Shown: positions 36,488 through 47,049 of the stretch, piece by piece | Layout of the letters: the number at the start of each line of letters is the position of its first letter | Position numbering within the stretch: the stretch's first letter is position 1 | Source of the DNA: Clostridia bacterium | GTDB taxonomy: Bacteria > Bacillota > DSM-521 > Neomoorellales > SLTJ01 | Length of the DNA stretch: 64,000 nt | Assembly (NCBI GenBank): GCA_004347685.1 | Contig: SLTJ01000013.1 | Coordinates: 1,655-65,654 of the forward strand | Direction: 5' to 3' | Made by a program: the position numbers and the translations under genes | The notes under the pieces: generated by a model | Databases searched by the model: none | The model's input: only the letters and a program-made list of their open reading frames with translations | What the model was told of the DNA's origin: nothing

Positions 36488-38314
36488 TTATTTTTTCTCC
36501 TGATCGTCCTCTACCTTATAGTCGGCATCCACCACGTTGTCCCGGTCGGAAGCGCCGGCCCCGTCGGTACCGGTAGCCTGCTGGGCTTGCTGGTATATCT
36601 TGGAACTCATGGCGAACAGGGTCTGAGAGAGCGCCTCCGTTTTCTCCTTGATCTGATCCGTGTCGTTCCCGGCCAGGGCTTCCTGCAGTTCGCCTCTGGC
36701 CTTCTCGACCTTCTCCCTGTCGGCCGCGTCCACCTTGTCACCCAGCTCCTTCAAAGTCTTTTCCGCCTGGTAGGCCAGGGAGTCGGCCTGATTCCTTACC
36801 TCCACCTGCTCCTTGCGTTTCCGATCCTCTTCAGCGTGGAGCTCGGCTTCCCGCACCATCTGCTTAATCTCCTCGTCGGAAAGGCCGCTGGAAGACTTGA
36901 TGGTAATAGCCTGCTCTTTGCCCGTGCCCAGGTCCTTGGCGGAGACGTGGACAATGCCGTTGGCGTCAATATCAAACTTAACTTCAATCTGAGGTATGCC
37001 CCGCGGCGCCGGCGGGATACCGCTGAGCTGGAACCTTCCCAGAGTTTTGTTATCGGCCGCCATGGGCCGCTCGCCCTGCAGAACGTGGATCTCCACCGAG
37101 GTCTGGTTGTCGGCCGCCGTGGAAAAGATCTGGCTCTTAGAGGTAGGAATGGTAGTATTCCGCTCGATCAGTCTGGTGAAGACACCGCCCAGGGTTTCGA
37201 TGCCCAGGGAGAGCGGCGTCACATCCAGCAGCAACACGTCCTTGACCTCGCCAGCCAGCACCGCGGCCTGAATGGCCGCGCCTACAGCCACGCATTCATC
37301 CGGGTTAATCCCCTTGTGCGGATCTTTCCCGGTTATCCGCCGCACCAGTTCCTGGACCACGGGGATCCGCGTTGAGCCGCCTACCAGCAGCACCTTATCA
37401 ATACCCTTGGGCTCCAGACTCGCATCGCTCAAGGCCTGGCGCATGGGGCCGACCGTCATCTGCACCAGGTCATCAATGAGTTCCTCCATCTTGGCCCGGG
37501 TCAGGGTTACGTCCAGGTGCAGCGGTCCCTGGTCGGTAGCCGTAATGAAGGGCAGATTGATATTGGTGGTAGCGGCGCTGGAAAGCTCCTTTTTGGCCTT
37601 TTCAGCCGCCTCATTGAGGCGCTGCAAGGCCATGCGGTCCTGGCCCAGGTCCACGCCGTGTTCCTTCTTAAACTGGGAGACCAGCCAATCCACGATCCGC
37701 TGGTCAAAGTCATCGCCCCCCAGACGATTGTTGCCGCTGGTGGCCTTGACCTCAAAGACGCCCTCCCCCAGTTCCAGGATGGAAACGTCAAAGGTACCCC
37801 CGCCCAGGTCGTACACCAGGATGGTCTGGTTTTCTTCCTTGTCCAGGCCATAGGCCAGGGACGCAGCCGTGGGCTCGTTGATAATCCGCAGCACTTCCAA
37901 GCCGGCTATCCGCCCGGCATCCTTGGTGGCCTGCCGCTGGCTGTCAGTGAAGTAGGCCGGGACGGTGATAACCGCCTGGGCAATCTTTTCCCCCAGGTAG
38001 GCCTCGGCATCAGCCTTCAGCTTCTGAAGGATCATGGCGGAAATCTCCTGGGGTGTATACTCCTTGTTATCTATCTTCACCCGATAGTCCGTACCCATGC
38101 GGCGCTTAATGGATATGACGGTCCGGTCAGGATTGGTAATAGCCTGACGTTTGGCCACTTCGCCCACCAGGCGCTCGCCGTCCTTGGTAAAGGCCACTAC
38201 CGAAGGCGTGGTACGGTTGCCTTCGGCATTGGGGATAACCGTAACCTCACCGCCCTCCATGACGGCCACACAGGAGTTGGTCGTACCCAGGTCAATACCG
38301 ATCACCTTACTCAT
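36488..38314 (-). CDS. dnaK: chaperone DnaK (Hsp70)
   Basis: [14 protein letters not shown] ... Start ATG 38314 with a GAGGGGG RBS. Overlaps the grpE stop by 8 nt. Confidence 0.98.
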   Translation of the reverse strand: MSKVIGIDLGTTNSCVAVMEGGEVTVIPNAEGNRTTPSVVAFTKDGERLVGEVAKRQAITNPDRTVISIKRRMGTDYRVKIDNKEYTPQEISAMILQKLKADAEAYLGEKIAQAVITVPAYFTDSQRQATKDAGRIAGLEVLRIINEPTAASLAYGLDKEENQTILVYDLGGGTFDVSILELGEGVFEVKATSGNNRLGGDDFDQRIVDWLVSQFKKEHGVDLGQDRMALQRLNEAAEKAKKELSSAATTNINLPFITATDQGPLHLDVTLTRAKMEELIDDLVQMTVGPMRQALSDASLEPKGIDKVLLVGGSTRIPVVQELVRRITGKDPHKGINPDECVAVGAAIQAAVLAGEVKDVLLLDVTPLSLGIETLGGVFTRLIERNTTIPTSKSQIFSTAADNQTSVEIHVLQGERPMAADNKTLGRFQLSGIPPAPRGIPQIEVKFDIDANGIVHVSAKDLGTGKEQAITIKSSSGLSDEEIKQMVREAELHAEEDRKRKEQVEVRNQADSLAYQAEKTLKELGDKVDAADREKVEKARGELQEALAGNDTDQIKEKTEALSQTLFAMSSKIYQQAQQATGTDGAGASDRDNVVDADYKVEDDQEKK

Positions 38315-38969
38315 CTTCACTAACCCCCTCTTCACCGTTTTTCTTCAGTGGAACCACCTTCGGCCCAGGTCTCCTGGCCACGCGCACCAGCGCCGGCCGC
38401 AGTACCCGACCCTGATAATAATATCCCTTCTGCAATTCATCAACTACGGTATCTTCCTCATAATCCTCGCTCTCGATCCTGGCGACGGCGTGGTACAACT
38501 CGGGGTTAAAAGGCCGGCCCGCAGCCTCCATCGCGCTAACCCCTTCTTCCTGGAGAACCGATCTCAACTGGCGCAAGACCATTTCCACACCGGCCAGGAT
38601 AGCCGTGGCCTCGCCTTCGCCCTGGCAGGAATCCAAGGCCCGCTCCAGGTTGTCGAGGACCGGAAGGAACTTCCGTAAAACCCTTTCGGTGATATTCCCT
38701 ACCAGCTCCTGGTCCTCTTTCTGCTTGCGTTTGCGAAAGTTGTCAAAGTCAGCCTGCAATCGCAACAAACGCTCGTGGTAGGCGGCAATAGCCTGATCAC
38801 GGCGCAGGATCTCTCCCTCCATTTCTTTTCGGTCAGCGTCCCAGGCCGACAGAAGTTCTTCTACGGTCAAAGGGGCTGGAACCGGTGAATCCGGCTCCAC
38901 CCCCATACCTTCACAGTCAGCGGCCACTTCTCCCGCCGGCTCCATATTTTCCGTATTTATCTCCGGCAC
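38307..38969 (-). CDS. grpE: nucleotide exchange factor GrpE
   Basis: 220 aa: [12 protein letters not shown] ... FNPELHHAV-like motif. Confidence 0.95.
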   Translation of the reverse strand: MPEINTENMEPAGEVAADCEGMGVEPDSPVPAPLTVEELLSAWDADRKEMEGEILRRDQAIAAYHERLLRLQADFDNFRKRKQKEDQELVGNITERVLRKFLPVLDNLERALDSCQGEGEATAILAGVEMVLRQLRSVLQEEGVSAMEAAGRPFNPELYHAVARIESEDYEEDTVVDELQKGYYYQGRVLRPALVRVARRPGPKVVPLKKNGEEGVSEDE

Positions 38970-39000
38970 CGTACCTTCACCTCCCTGGACCGCATTCCCT

Positions 39001-40029
39001 TCAGCGCCTAGACAAAACCTCAGAAAATACCTTGCTAACGTATTCTACCATGCTGGCCACCCGGGCATACTCCATGCGGGTGGGGCCGATGATGCCCAGA
39101 GTCCCGACTACCTCGCCGTTTACCTGGTAAGTAGCGGTAATAATACTGCAATTATTGATCCCGGCACCTTTGTTTTCATGGCCGATGCGGATGGTAAGCC
39201 CCTCCGCTTCGCACCCGGCCGCCAGAAGCCCCCACATCTTGTCTTCCGCGCTGAGGAGGGAGAGGATGTCCTTGAGCTTATTCACGTCCCGGAACTCCGG
39301 CTGCTCCAGGATGTTTAAAGTGCCACCCAGATACACCCGCCGGCCCTGGTCCTCCTTCATGATGGCAAAGACAATATCCATGATGTTGTCTACCACCCGC
39401 CGGTAAGCCGCCAGGTCGTCATAAATGCTGTCCAGCGTCGCCCGGGTAAGGTCACCTGGTCTCAACCCCTTGAGCTGCCTGTTTATTATCCGGGAAATAT
39501 GGTCCAGGTCCGCTGCTGTCACCCCGGCTGGAGCTTCCATCAGGAAATGCTCGACCAGGCCCATAGTAGTTACCACCAGCAGCAGCACCTTTTCCCGGTC
39601 CACGGGCAGAAGGCGAATATATTCAAAGGAGTTTTTGACCCATATCGGCCCCATGACCACAGAAGCCAGCCGGGTGACTTCGGAGAGAATCTCAGTAGTC
39701 TGGTGAGCCAGCAGCTCGATCGCGTCCATGCGCGCCTGCAGGCGCCGGCGAATCGCAGCCTCCTCCCACTGGCTGATACCGATTTTGTTCATGATTTCAT
39801 CCACGTAGTAGCGGTACCCGAAGTCCGACGGTATGCGGCCGGCACTGGTATGAGGCTGTTCCAGGAATCCGATTTCCTCCAGGTCAGCCATTTCATTGCG
39901 GATGGTGGCCGGACTTATGCCCAGGTTGTATTTGCGAGCCACCGTCCGGGACCCGACCGGCTCGGCCGTAGCCACATAATCCTCTACTATGGCCTGGAGG
40001 ATCTTGCGCTTCCGCTCATCCAGACGCAT
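39001..40029 (-). CDS. hrcA: heat-inducible repressor HrcA
   Basis: MRLDERKRKILQAIVEDYVATAEPVGSRTV. Start ATG 40029 with a GAGTGGTGA RBS. Confidence 0.96.
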   Translation of the reverse strand: MRLDERKRKILQAIVEDYVATAEPVGSRTVARKYNLGISPATIRNEMADLEEIGFLEQPHTSAGRIPSDFGYRYYVDEIMNKIGISQWEEAAIRRRLQARMDAIELLAHQTTEILSEVTRLASVVMGPIWVKNSFEYIRLLPVDREKVLLLVVTTMGLVEHFLMEAPAGVTAADLDHISRIINRQLKGLRPGDLTRATLDSIYDDLAAYRRVVDNIMDIVFAIMKEDQGRRVYLGGTLNILEQPEFRDVNKLKDILSLLSAEDKMWGLLAAGCEAEGLTIRIGHENKGAGINNCSIITATYQVNGEVVGTLGIIGPTRMEYARVASMVEYVSKVFSEVLSRR

Positions 40030-40044
40030 ATTGATCACCACTCG

Positions 40045-40071
40045 TTAGCACTCTCTGAAGGCGAGTGCTAA
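40045..40071. promoter_or_regulatory. CIRCE operator (HrcA binding site)
   Basis: TTAGCACTC-tctgaaggc-GAGTGCTAA is a perfect match to the CIRCE consensus TTAGCACTC-N9-GAGTGCTAA. Confidence 0.95.
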
Positions 40072-40084
40072 AATCCTTTCTTCC

Positions 40085-40113
40085 AAGATACCACCGAGGC
40101 CGGGATTTGTCAA
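40085..40113 (-). promoter_or_regulatory. sigma-A promoter of hrcA-grpE-dnaK-dnaJ operon
   Basis: On the minus strand: TTGACA, 17 nt spacer, TATCTT, immediately upstream of CIRCE. Confidence 0.75.
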
Positions 40114-40122
40114 GAACCCTGC

Positions 40123-41280
40123 TCAACCGAGAAACTCGGCAAATACTTCGTTAGCCACCGGCCAGGCCCGCCGGGAGAGGCGCAGCACCGGGCCGCACCT
40201 TTCCACCAGGCCCACTGCCTCCAGCCGGGCTATGGTCTGGCGCACCCGGGGCCAATCAGCTTCCGGGAACTCCCGGGCCGCTCGCTCCAGATCAAGTCCG
40301 TTCAACAGCCGCAGGCCGAGGATGAAAACCTCGGCCAGGACCTCTGCCACTGTCATTTCTTCTCCGTCTGCCACCGGCAGTTTCCCGGTTTCCAGGGCGG
40401 CCAGATAGGCCGGCAGCTTCTCATGGTTTCGCCACCGCCGGCACCCGACCATGGAGGCGGCCCCCAAACCAAAGCCCAGGTAATCTCGGCGCTGCCAGTA
40501 GCGGAGATTGTGGCGGCTTTCCCGACCCGGACGGCAGTAATTGGCTATTTCATAATGCCGGTAACCGCAGCCGGTGAGAAAGCTGTCGGTGAACCCGAAC
40601 ATCTCCTCCCACAGGTCTTCATCCGGCAGGGAAATTTCCCCCCTGGCCGCCAGGACACCCCAGGGCATGCCGGGATGGATTTCCAGGCCATAGCAGGAGA
40701 TATGCTCCGGCACCAGCCCCACAGCCTCCGCCAGGGTCTCGCGCCAGTCGGCCAGGCTCTGGCCGGGCAGGCCGTAAATAAGGTCAATACCGACGTTGCT
40801 AAACCCGCATTCCCGCGCTAGAGACACGGCATCCCGTGCCTCACGGGCCGTGTGCAGCCGGCCCATGGAACCTAGGAGGCGGTCGTTGAAAGCCTGCACT
40901 CCCAGGGAAAGGCGGTTTGCGCCGGCGGCCTCGGCTGCGGCCAGCCAAGCCGCGTCCACCGTCCCCGGATTGGCCTCCACCGTAATTTCAGCCCCGGGTG
41001 CGACGCCAAAATGCCGGCGCAGGCCATCCAGCACGTCCTGCAGTTGCTCGCCGCTCAAAAGGGAAGGAGTCCCACCCCCCAGATAAACCGAGGTCACCGA
41101 CGGGAGCGGGAAGGACGTGAGCCGGGGCCAGGCGGCTGCGGCCAGGGCCATTTCCTGTTTCAGGGCTTCGAGATAGGCGGTCACGGTCTCCGGGGAAGGC
41201 ACAAAGGAAAGGAAATCACAGTAGTTGCACTTGCGACGGCAGAAGGGGATATGCAGGTATATTCCCAGGTCGTAATCCAT
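40123..41280 (-). CDS. hemW: radical SAM heme chaperone HemW (HemN-like)
   Basis: MDYDLGIYLHIPFCRRKCNYCDF. Start ATG 41280. The track ORF extends 35 codons upstream through the SD-like array. Confidence 0.92.
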   Translation of the reverse strand: MDYDLGIYLHIPFCRRKCNYCDFLSFVPSPETVTAYLEALKQEMALAAAAWPRLTSFPLPSVTSVYLGGGTPSLLSGEQLQDVLDGLRRHFGVAPGAEITVEANPGTVDAAWLAAAEAAGANRLSLGVQAFNDRLLGSMGRLHTAREARDAVSLARECGFSNVGIDLIYGLPGQSLADWRETLAEAVGLVPEHISCYGLEIHPGMPWGVLAARGEISLPDEDLWEEMFGFTDSFLTGCGYRHYEIANYCRPGRESRHNLRYWQRRDYLGFGLGAASMVGCRRWRNHEKLPAYLAALETGKLPVADGEEMTVAEVLAEVFILGLRLLNGLDLERAAREFPEADWPRVRQTIARLEAVGLVERCGPVLRLSRRAWPVANEVFAEFLG

Positions 41281-41320
41281 AGCTCGCTCCGATTCCAACC
41301 TCCAACCTTCAACCTCCAAA
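41281..41320 (-). repeat. SD-like heptad array filling the lepA-hemW spacer
   Basis: On the minus strand: TTTGGAGGT TGAAGGT TGGAGGT TGGAATC GGAGCGAGCT ATG. Confidence 0.7.
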
Positions 41321-43144
41321 TCAGCGGCCCTGCCCCCCAGACGGCTGCAGTACGGCCAAAAAGGCTTCCTGGGGTATTTCCACATTGCCCACGGCCTTAA
41401 GGCGCTTTTTCCCTTCTTTCTGCTTCTCCAGGAGCTTTTTCTTGCGAGTCACGTCCCCACCGTAGCATTTTTCCAGCACGTTCTTGCGCAAGGGTTTGAC
41501 CGCTTCCCGGGCGATAACCTTGTGGCCGACGGCTGCCTGAATGACCACCTCAAAAAGCTGGCGCGGGATCACTTCCCGGAGCCGCGTCACCAGTTGCCGC
41601 CCCACCTGGTAGGCCTTGTCCCGGTGGACAATGGTAGAGAGGGCATCCACCATTTCGCCGTTAAGGAGAATGTCCAGCCGTCCCATGTCGGCTTCTTCGT
41701 AGCCTGCGACCTCGTAGTCAAAGGAGGCATAGCCACGGCTCCTGGACTTAAGCTGGTCGAAGAACGCGAAGATTATCTCCCCCAGGGGAAGGATGTACTC
41801 CAGCAATACCCTCTCCGGGCTCAGGTAATCCATCTGCAAAAAGCGGCCGCGTTTTTGCGCCGTCAAGTCCATCAGGTTACCGATGTAGGCGGTGGGCGAA
41901 ATGATGGTGGCCTTTACCACCGGCTCCTCCACCATGGCGATCTGCCCGGGCGGCGGCCACTGGGCCGGATTATCCACCATCACCACCTGCCCGTCAGTGC
42001 GGGTTACCCGGTAGGCCACGTTAGGCGCGGTGCTGATCAGTTCCAGGTGATATTCCCGCTCCAGGCGCTCCTGGACTATTTCCTGGTGCAACAGACCGAG
42101 AAAACCACAGCGGAAGCCGAAACCCAGGGCCTTGGAAGTCTCAGGCTCGTAAACCAGCGAGGCGTCGTTTAACTGTAGCTTATCCAGGGCCGTGCGCAAG
42201 GCGTCGAAGTCGCCCCCGTCGGCCGGGTAGAGGCCGCAAAAGACCATGGGCCGTACCGGCCGATAGCCCGGCAGGGGCCCGGCTGCCGGCTTATCCACCA
42301 CGGTAATGGTATCGCCCACCCGGATGTCCTTTACCTCGCGGATACTGGCGGCTAGGTAGCCGACTTCGCCGGCGGACAGCCTCGGCACCGTGCGGCGGGC
42401 CGGGGCGAAAATGCCTACCTCGTCCACCTCATAGCTTTTGCCGGTGGCCATGATTTTAATGATGGTGCCGGCCTGGATCTCGCCGTCCACCACCCGGATG
42501 TAGGGGATGGCTCCCCGGTAGCTGTCATAATAGGAATCAAAAATCAAGGCGCGCAGCGGCTCCCGGACATTGCCCCGGGGAGGGGGGACGTACTTGACAA
42601 TGGCGGCCAGGACCTCCGGCGTGCCCCAGCCCAGCTTGGCCGAGGTAAGCACCGTCCTCTCCATGTCCAATCCCAGAGCCTTCTCCAGTTCCTCCTTGAC
42701 CTGATCAGGCTGCGCCCCGGGCAGGTCAATCTTATTGATTACCGGGATGATCTCCAGGTCGTTTTCAATAGCCAGGTAGGCGTTGGCCAGGGTCTGGGCC
42801 TCGATGCCCTGGACAGCGTCCACCACCAGCAGGGCCCCCTCGCAGGCGGCCAGGCTGCGCGACACCTCATAGGAAAAGTCAACATGGCCGGGGGTATCAA
42901 TGAGGTTGAGCTGGTATACCAGCTCGTCTTCTGGGTACTGGTACTCCAACCGCACCGCCTGCATCTTGATGGTAATGCCTCTTTCCCGCTCCAGATCCAT
43001 CTGGTCCAGCACCTGGTTCACCATCTCCCGTTCGCTGATGGCGCCGGTATGCTGCAGCAGGCGGTCGGCCAGGGTTGATTTGCCGTGGTCTATGTGGGCG
43101 ATAATGCAGAAGTTACGAATGAAACGCTGATCCAAGGGCCGCAC
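41321..43144 (-). CDS. lepA: elongation factor 4 (LepA)
   Basis: 607 aa: [20 protein letters not shown] ... DTPGHVDF ... C-terminal LepA domain. Confidence 0.98.
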   Translation of the reverse strand: MRPLDQRFIRNFCIIAHIDHGKSTLADRLLQHTGAISEREMVNQVLDQMDLERERGITIKMQAVRLEYQYPEDELVYQLNLIDTPGHVDFSYEVSRSLAACEGALLVVDAVQGIEAQTLANAYLAIENDLEIIPVINKIDLPGAQPDQVKEELEKALGLDMERTVLTSAKLGWGTPEVLAAIVKYVPPPRGNVREPLRALIFDSYYDSYRGAIPYIRVVDGEIQAGTIIKIMATGKSYEVDEVGIFAPARRTVPRLSAGEVGYLAASIREVKDIRVGDTITVVDKPAAGPLPGYRPVRPMVFCGLYPADGGDFDALRTALDKLQLNDASLVYEPETSKALGFGFRCGFLGLLHQEIVQERLEREYHLELISTAPNVAYRVTRTDGQVVMVDNPAQWPPPGQIAMVEEPVVKATIISPTAYIGNLMDLTAQKRGRFLQMDYLSPERVLLEYILPLGEIIFAFFDQLKSRSRGYASFDYEVAGYEEADMGRLDILLNGEMVDALSTIVHRDKAYQVGRQLVTRLREVIPRQLFEVVIQAAVGHKVIAREAVKPLRKNVLEKCYGGDVTRKKKLLEKQKEGKKRLKAVGNVEIPQEAFLAVLQPSGGQGR

Positions 43145-43158
43145 CTCTTGCTTCTCGC

Positions 43159-43365
43159 TTACAAAACTTCACGCGCTGGTCTGTCTTCATTAATCCTCAA
43201 GTCACCCTCCGGCAGTACGAAGATTTTCGGTCGTAGACAACAAGCCTGGTACCGAGATATCCGCATCAACATCCGGTCTGTGGAGTTGGGATAGATCTCC
43301 TGCAAAAGCTCCAAATCACTAATACCGGACAGTTCAAGGAGAGCTTCCTCGTAATCAGGCACCAT
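43159..43365 (-). CDS. hypothetical 68-aa protein, doubtful
   Basis: ORF in a visibly lower-GC patch between lepA and the helicase gene. No RBS and no recognisable family. Confidence 0.25.
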   Translation of the reverse strand: MVPDYEEALLELSGISDLELLQEIYPNSTDRMLMRISRYQACCLRPKIFVLPEGDLRINEDRPAREVL

Positions 43366-43379
43366 CTTGTTGAAGGGCT

Positions 43380-46300
43380 CTACTGTTCAAACAGCCGTAA
43401 CTGTTTGTAGCCAGCTCCCTCACCCTGTTTTTTTGGTGCGCCGGCCCCGGACCAGACCCGCCGCACCAGGCAGTCCGGGGGGATATCGGCCAGAAAGGGC
43501 GAAGGTAACAGGGATTCCTTGACACCGTAAAGGGTGCGGCTGCGAGCCGATACCAAGATGAGCAGGTCCCGGGCCCGGGTGAGGCCTACATAAAACAGGC
43601 GGCGCTCCTCGGCCTGTTCTGCGGCCGTGACGGTGGTGATCCCCCGGCTTTTCAAGGGAATCAAGCCGTCCTCCACGCCGGTGATAAACACCACCGGAAA
43701 CTCCAGGCCCTTGGCCGCGTGCAGAGTCATCAGCGTCACGGCCTCGACCGCACCGGTATTCTCTCCCGGCCGGTCGAGGTCAGCTTCCTGGGCCAGGGTC
43801 AGGCCGCGCAGGAAGGAAGAAAGGTCGGCGAAGCGGTCGGCCACCCGCACCAGCCGCCGCAGGGATGCGGTTTCTTCGCCGGTTTCCACCAGCCAGCGGA
43901 CCAGTAGTTCTGCTGGAGCCTCGCCAGCCGCCAGGCGGCGGCAGGCCGCCAGCGCCTCCCTAAAGGCCAGCAGCCGATCCCTGTCTTTTTCGTCCCCGGG
44001 GCCGGAACCGCCGGCCACCTCCGCCAACACCTGCCGGATGCCGGTACGCCGCGCCGCGGTCTCCCGCCATGCCGCCAGCACCCGGGGAGAAACGGCAAAG
44101 GGGCCGGAACGCAAACATTGGAACCGGTGAAAATCATCCTCTGGGTCAGCCACGCAGTGGAGAAAAGCCAGGGCTGCCCGCACGGGGCGCTCTTCCAGGA
44201 AGCTTTCCCGGCCCACCACCCGGTAGGGCAGGCCTTCCTTAAGGAAACACTCCTCCAGGGCCTCGGCCTGCCGCCCGGTACGAAAAAGCACGGCAATATC
44301 GCTAAAGCCCCAGGCTTCGTCCCCGGACATCACGGCCTCTGGCCCGCTTCCCTGGCCGTGAGCCTGGAGCATGGTGGCGCCACCCACCAGGCGGCCGATC
44401 TCCCGGACAACGGCGATGCCCTCGGCCAGTTCACCCGGCACCTCCAGGTGCAGGATCCGGCTGCCGTCGCTGCGGGTGGCTACCAGTTCGCCAGGAGCAG
44501 AAGGCTCCATGCCCCCTGCCCGGGTTCCGTCCATGACCGCCCGGGCCGCCCGGAGAATGGTGGGGGTAGAACGATAGTTTGCAGCCAGATGGACAACCTG
44601 GGCCTCCGGGAAGTCGCCCTTGAGGCTCCCAAAAAAACGGTGGTCAGCCCCACGGAACCCGTAAATCGCCTGGTCCGGGTCGCCGATTACAAAGAGATTG
44701 GCGGCATCTCGCACCCACAGCTTTACCAGCCGGTACTGTACCGTGTTGACGTCCTGAAATTCGTCCACCAGCAGGTGGGTAAAGCGACCCAGCAGGGCCT
44801 CAACCTCAGGGACACTCCCGGCCCCGGTTTCCAGCATGTCCACCGTTTGCAGCAGCAGATCATCGTAGTCCAGGGCGCGGTACCCGGCCAGCCTTTCTTG
44901 GTAAGCCTGGCAAACCTGACGAATTTCCTCGGGAATTGCCGGCGAAGCCGGCGATACCCCCCGGTTCTTGTACCGGGAGATTACTTCCTGCAGCCGCGCC
45001 GCCTCCCGTGCCGGGCGCCCTTGATCCTGCAGCACCTCTGTCAGTACCTGGCGGGCATCGGGCTCGTCCAGGAGGATAAACGGAAAAGGAGCGGACAGGA
45101 GAAACCCGCCGGCCCCGGCCGCCTGCAGAAGTTCCAGGCAGAGGCTGTGGAAGGTACCCACGGTGAGGGCTTCTCCGCCGTCTACCCGTCCCAGGAGTTC
45201 GCTTACCCGCTGCCGGATTTCCTGAGCTGCCTTGTTGGTAAAAGTAACGGCCGTGATCTGGCGCGCCGGCACCTTCTTTTCGGTAAGGAGGTAGGCGAGG
45301 CGGTGCACCAGGGTCCGCGTCTTACCTGTACCCGGCCCGGCCATGACTATTACTGGGCCGGTGGCCGCCGTAACCGCCTCCGTCTGCCGCTCGTTCAGGC
45401 CGGCCAGGGCCCGCCCCGATCCTACGGCCCCGGGCCGGGCACCAATACGTCCGGCAATCGAAGGTTGGGAGTTGGTGCTTGCCGGTGCTGAAACCCCGAT
45501 TGCCGGTGGCTCGCCGGGCCACTGGGGCTCTGCCTCCTCAGTGGCCGCCGCCTCCCCCGTATCCGGCAAAAGGGTGGTCGGCCCGGGAGAAGCGGAAGGC
45601 GGAGGTTGGTAGGAACTGGGCGGAGCCAGGGGTAAGGAGGCCTGCCCTGAGAGCGACTGCCGGTCCGTAGCCCGTAGCAGGATTATTTTCCCATACTCGC
45701 CGTCAAACCCAGGAATGGCCTCCACCTCACCCGCCCGCATCCTCCGGATGGCCTCGGTCACCAGCGGACCAGTCAGGCGCGCCACATCGTCCAGCGGAGC
45801 CTGGCGCAAGATCACCAGCTCCGGGCCCAGGTGCCGCAACAGGGCGTGGTAATGCCGGAGCACCTGGCGGGACGCCGGCCCCACCCCCAGGGCTGCGGCC
45901 ACGACTTCGGGTAGGGGTACCAGGCTTTCAAAGGGGCGGGCCGCCGCCGGCCGTGCCCCTTCTTCCCGGTCGGCCAGCTCCTCCACCCGGTGCAACACAC
46001 CGATAGTCACCCGCCGGCCACACACCGGGCACACGCCGCCGGCGGCGCGAGTCTGGGAAGGGTGCCAGCGGAGGCTGCAATTCCGGTGGCCGTCATAGTG
46101 GTACTTGCCCTCCGCGGGAAAAAACTCCAGGGTGCCCAGGAAGCCGTGACCCCCGGTCAAGGCGCGGTGGATGGCCGGATAAGACAGGGCGGTATCAAAG
46201 AGGTTGGCCTCCCGGGCCAGATTCCCGGCCGAATGGGCATCCGAATTAGACACCAGGACCAAACGGTCCAGCTCCGAGAGGCGCCAGTTCATGGGCGGGT

Positions 46301-46964
46301 CCGAAGAAAGGCCGGTTTCCGCGGCGCAAATATGCGTGGTCAGATCCCCAAAGCATTCTTCTACCGTATCAAAGCCCGAGTTGGCCCCCAGGAGGGAAAA
46401 ATGAGGCGTCCAGATGTGGGCTGGGATAAGAAGGGCCTGCGGGGAAGTTTCCAGCATGATCTCCAGCAGGTCGTGGCTGTCCAGGCCCAAAATGGGACGG
46501 CCGTCGGAATGGAGATTCCCGATTTTTTCCAGGCGCCGGCTCAACTCCGCCGCCGCTTCCAGCCCTGGCAAAAGAATCAGGTGGTGGACTTTGCGCACCC
46601 GGCCGTTTTTCTTGTAAATGGTGCTGATCTCGCCGGAAACGACAAAGCGCACTACCGGCCGGCCGTTACTCTCCACCGGGAGAGACGGGCCGCCCCCCGA
46701 CCCGCCGCAGTATGCCCCTACTCCCCAGCCAGACGCTTCCTCCGGGAAAAAGGGAGATTCGTCCTTGAGGCGGTACAGCCCTTCCCCGGCCGGCTCCAGC
46801 TTGGCCTGCAATTCCTCCCTCCAGGCCGGGTGGGTAAAATCACCCGTACCCACCAAGGTCACGCCTTTATAGATCGCCCAGCGGTAAAAATTCTCCGGGG
46901 TGGACTCCCGGCTGGTGGCCCGGGAATAACGGGAGTGGACATGCAGGTCGGCGACAAACTCCAT
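43380..46964 (-). CDS. fusion protein: EndoQ-like PHP nuclease (aa 1-~440) + Pro/Ser linker + UvrD/PcrA-type SF1 helicase (aa ~530-1194)
   Basis: N-terminal part: DLHVHSRYSRATS, GTGDFTHP, VHHLILLP, SNSDAHS, GKYHYDGH...CPVCG, PGFDGEYGKI. C-terminal part: GPGTGKTRTL, DEFQDVN, GDPDQAIYGFRGA, TLHAAKGLEFPVVF, LFYVGLTRAR. Confidence 0.9.
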   Translation of the reverse strand: MEFVADLHVHSRYSRATSRESTPENFYRWAIYKGVTLVGTGDFTHPAWREELQAKLEPAGEGLYRLKDESPFFPEEASGWGVGAYCGGSGGGPSLPVESNGRPVVRFVVSGEISTIYKKNGRVRKVHHLILLPGLEAAAELSRRLEKIGNLHSDGRPILGLDSHDLLEIMLETSPQALLIPAHIWTPHFSLLGANSGFDTVEECFGDLTTHICAAETGLSSDPPMNWRLSELDRLVLVSNSDAHSAGNLAREANLFDTALSYPAIHRALTGGHGFLGTLEFFPAEGKYHYDGHRNCSLRWHPSQTRAAGGVCPVCGRRVTIGVLHRVEELADREEGARPAAARPFESLVPLPEVVAAALGVGPASRQVLRHYHALLRHLGPELVILRQAPLDDVARLTGPLVTEAIRRMRAGEVEAIPGFDGEYGKIILLRATDRQSLSGQASLPLAPPSSYQPPPSASPGPTTLLPDTGEAAATEEAEPQWPGEPPAIGVSAPASTNSQPSIAGRIGARPGAVGSGRALAGLNERQTEAVTAATGPVIVMAGPGTGKTRTLVHRLAYLLTEKKVPARQITAVTFTNKAAQEIRQRVSELLGRVDGGEALTVGTFHSLCLELLQAAGAGGFLLSAPFPFILLDEPDARQVLTEVLQDQGRPAREAARLQEVISRYKNRGVSPASPAIPEEIRQVCQAYQERLAGYRALDYDDLLLQTVDMLETGAGSVPEVEALLGRFTHLLVDEFQDVNTVQYRLVKLWVRDAANLFVIGDPDQAIYGFRGADHRFFGSLKGDFPEAQVVHLAANYRSTPTILRAARAVMDGTRAGGMEPSAPGELVATRSDGSRILHLEVPGELAEGIAVVREIGRLVGGATMLQAHGQGSGPEAVMSGDEAWGFSDIAVLFRTGRQAEALEECFLKEGLPYRVVGRESFLEERPVRAALAFLHCVADPEDDFHRFQCLRSGPFAVSPRVLAAWRETAARRTGIRQVLAEVAGGSGPGDEKDRDRLLAFREALAACRRLAAGEAPAELLVRWLVETGEETASLRRLVRVADRFADLSSFLRGLTLAQEADLDRPGENTGAVEAVTLMTLHAAKGLEFPVVFITGVEDGLIPLKSRGITTVTAAEQAEERRLFYVGLTRARDLLILVSARSRTLYGVKESLLPSPFLADIPPDCLVRRVWSGAGAPKKQGEGAGYKQLRLFEQ

Positions 46965-46996
46965 CCTTCACCCCATCTTTCTTTATCGGTGCTCCA

Positions 46997-47025
46997 ATTA
47001 TATCAAGGCCGGGAGATTAAGACAA
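46997..47025 (-). promoter_or_regulatory. sigma-A promoter for the EndoQ-helicase gene
   Basis: On the minus strand: TTGTCT, 17 nt spacer, TGATATAAT (extended -10), about 30 nt upstream of the ATG. Confidence 0.6.
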
Positions 47026-47049
47026 GGAAATCCGTACCCCGCCCACTAC

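Noticed and set aside
34709-37375. 888-aa plus-strand ORF, the longest on that strand
   Set aside because: It runs antisense to mtaB, dnaJ and dnaK, all of which have unmistakable motifs. Its product is low-complexity (Gly/Pro/Arg/Leu-rich) with no RBS. This is a typical stop-poor antisense frame of GC-rich DNA.
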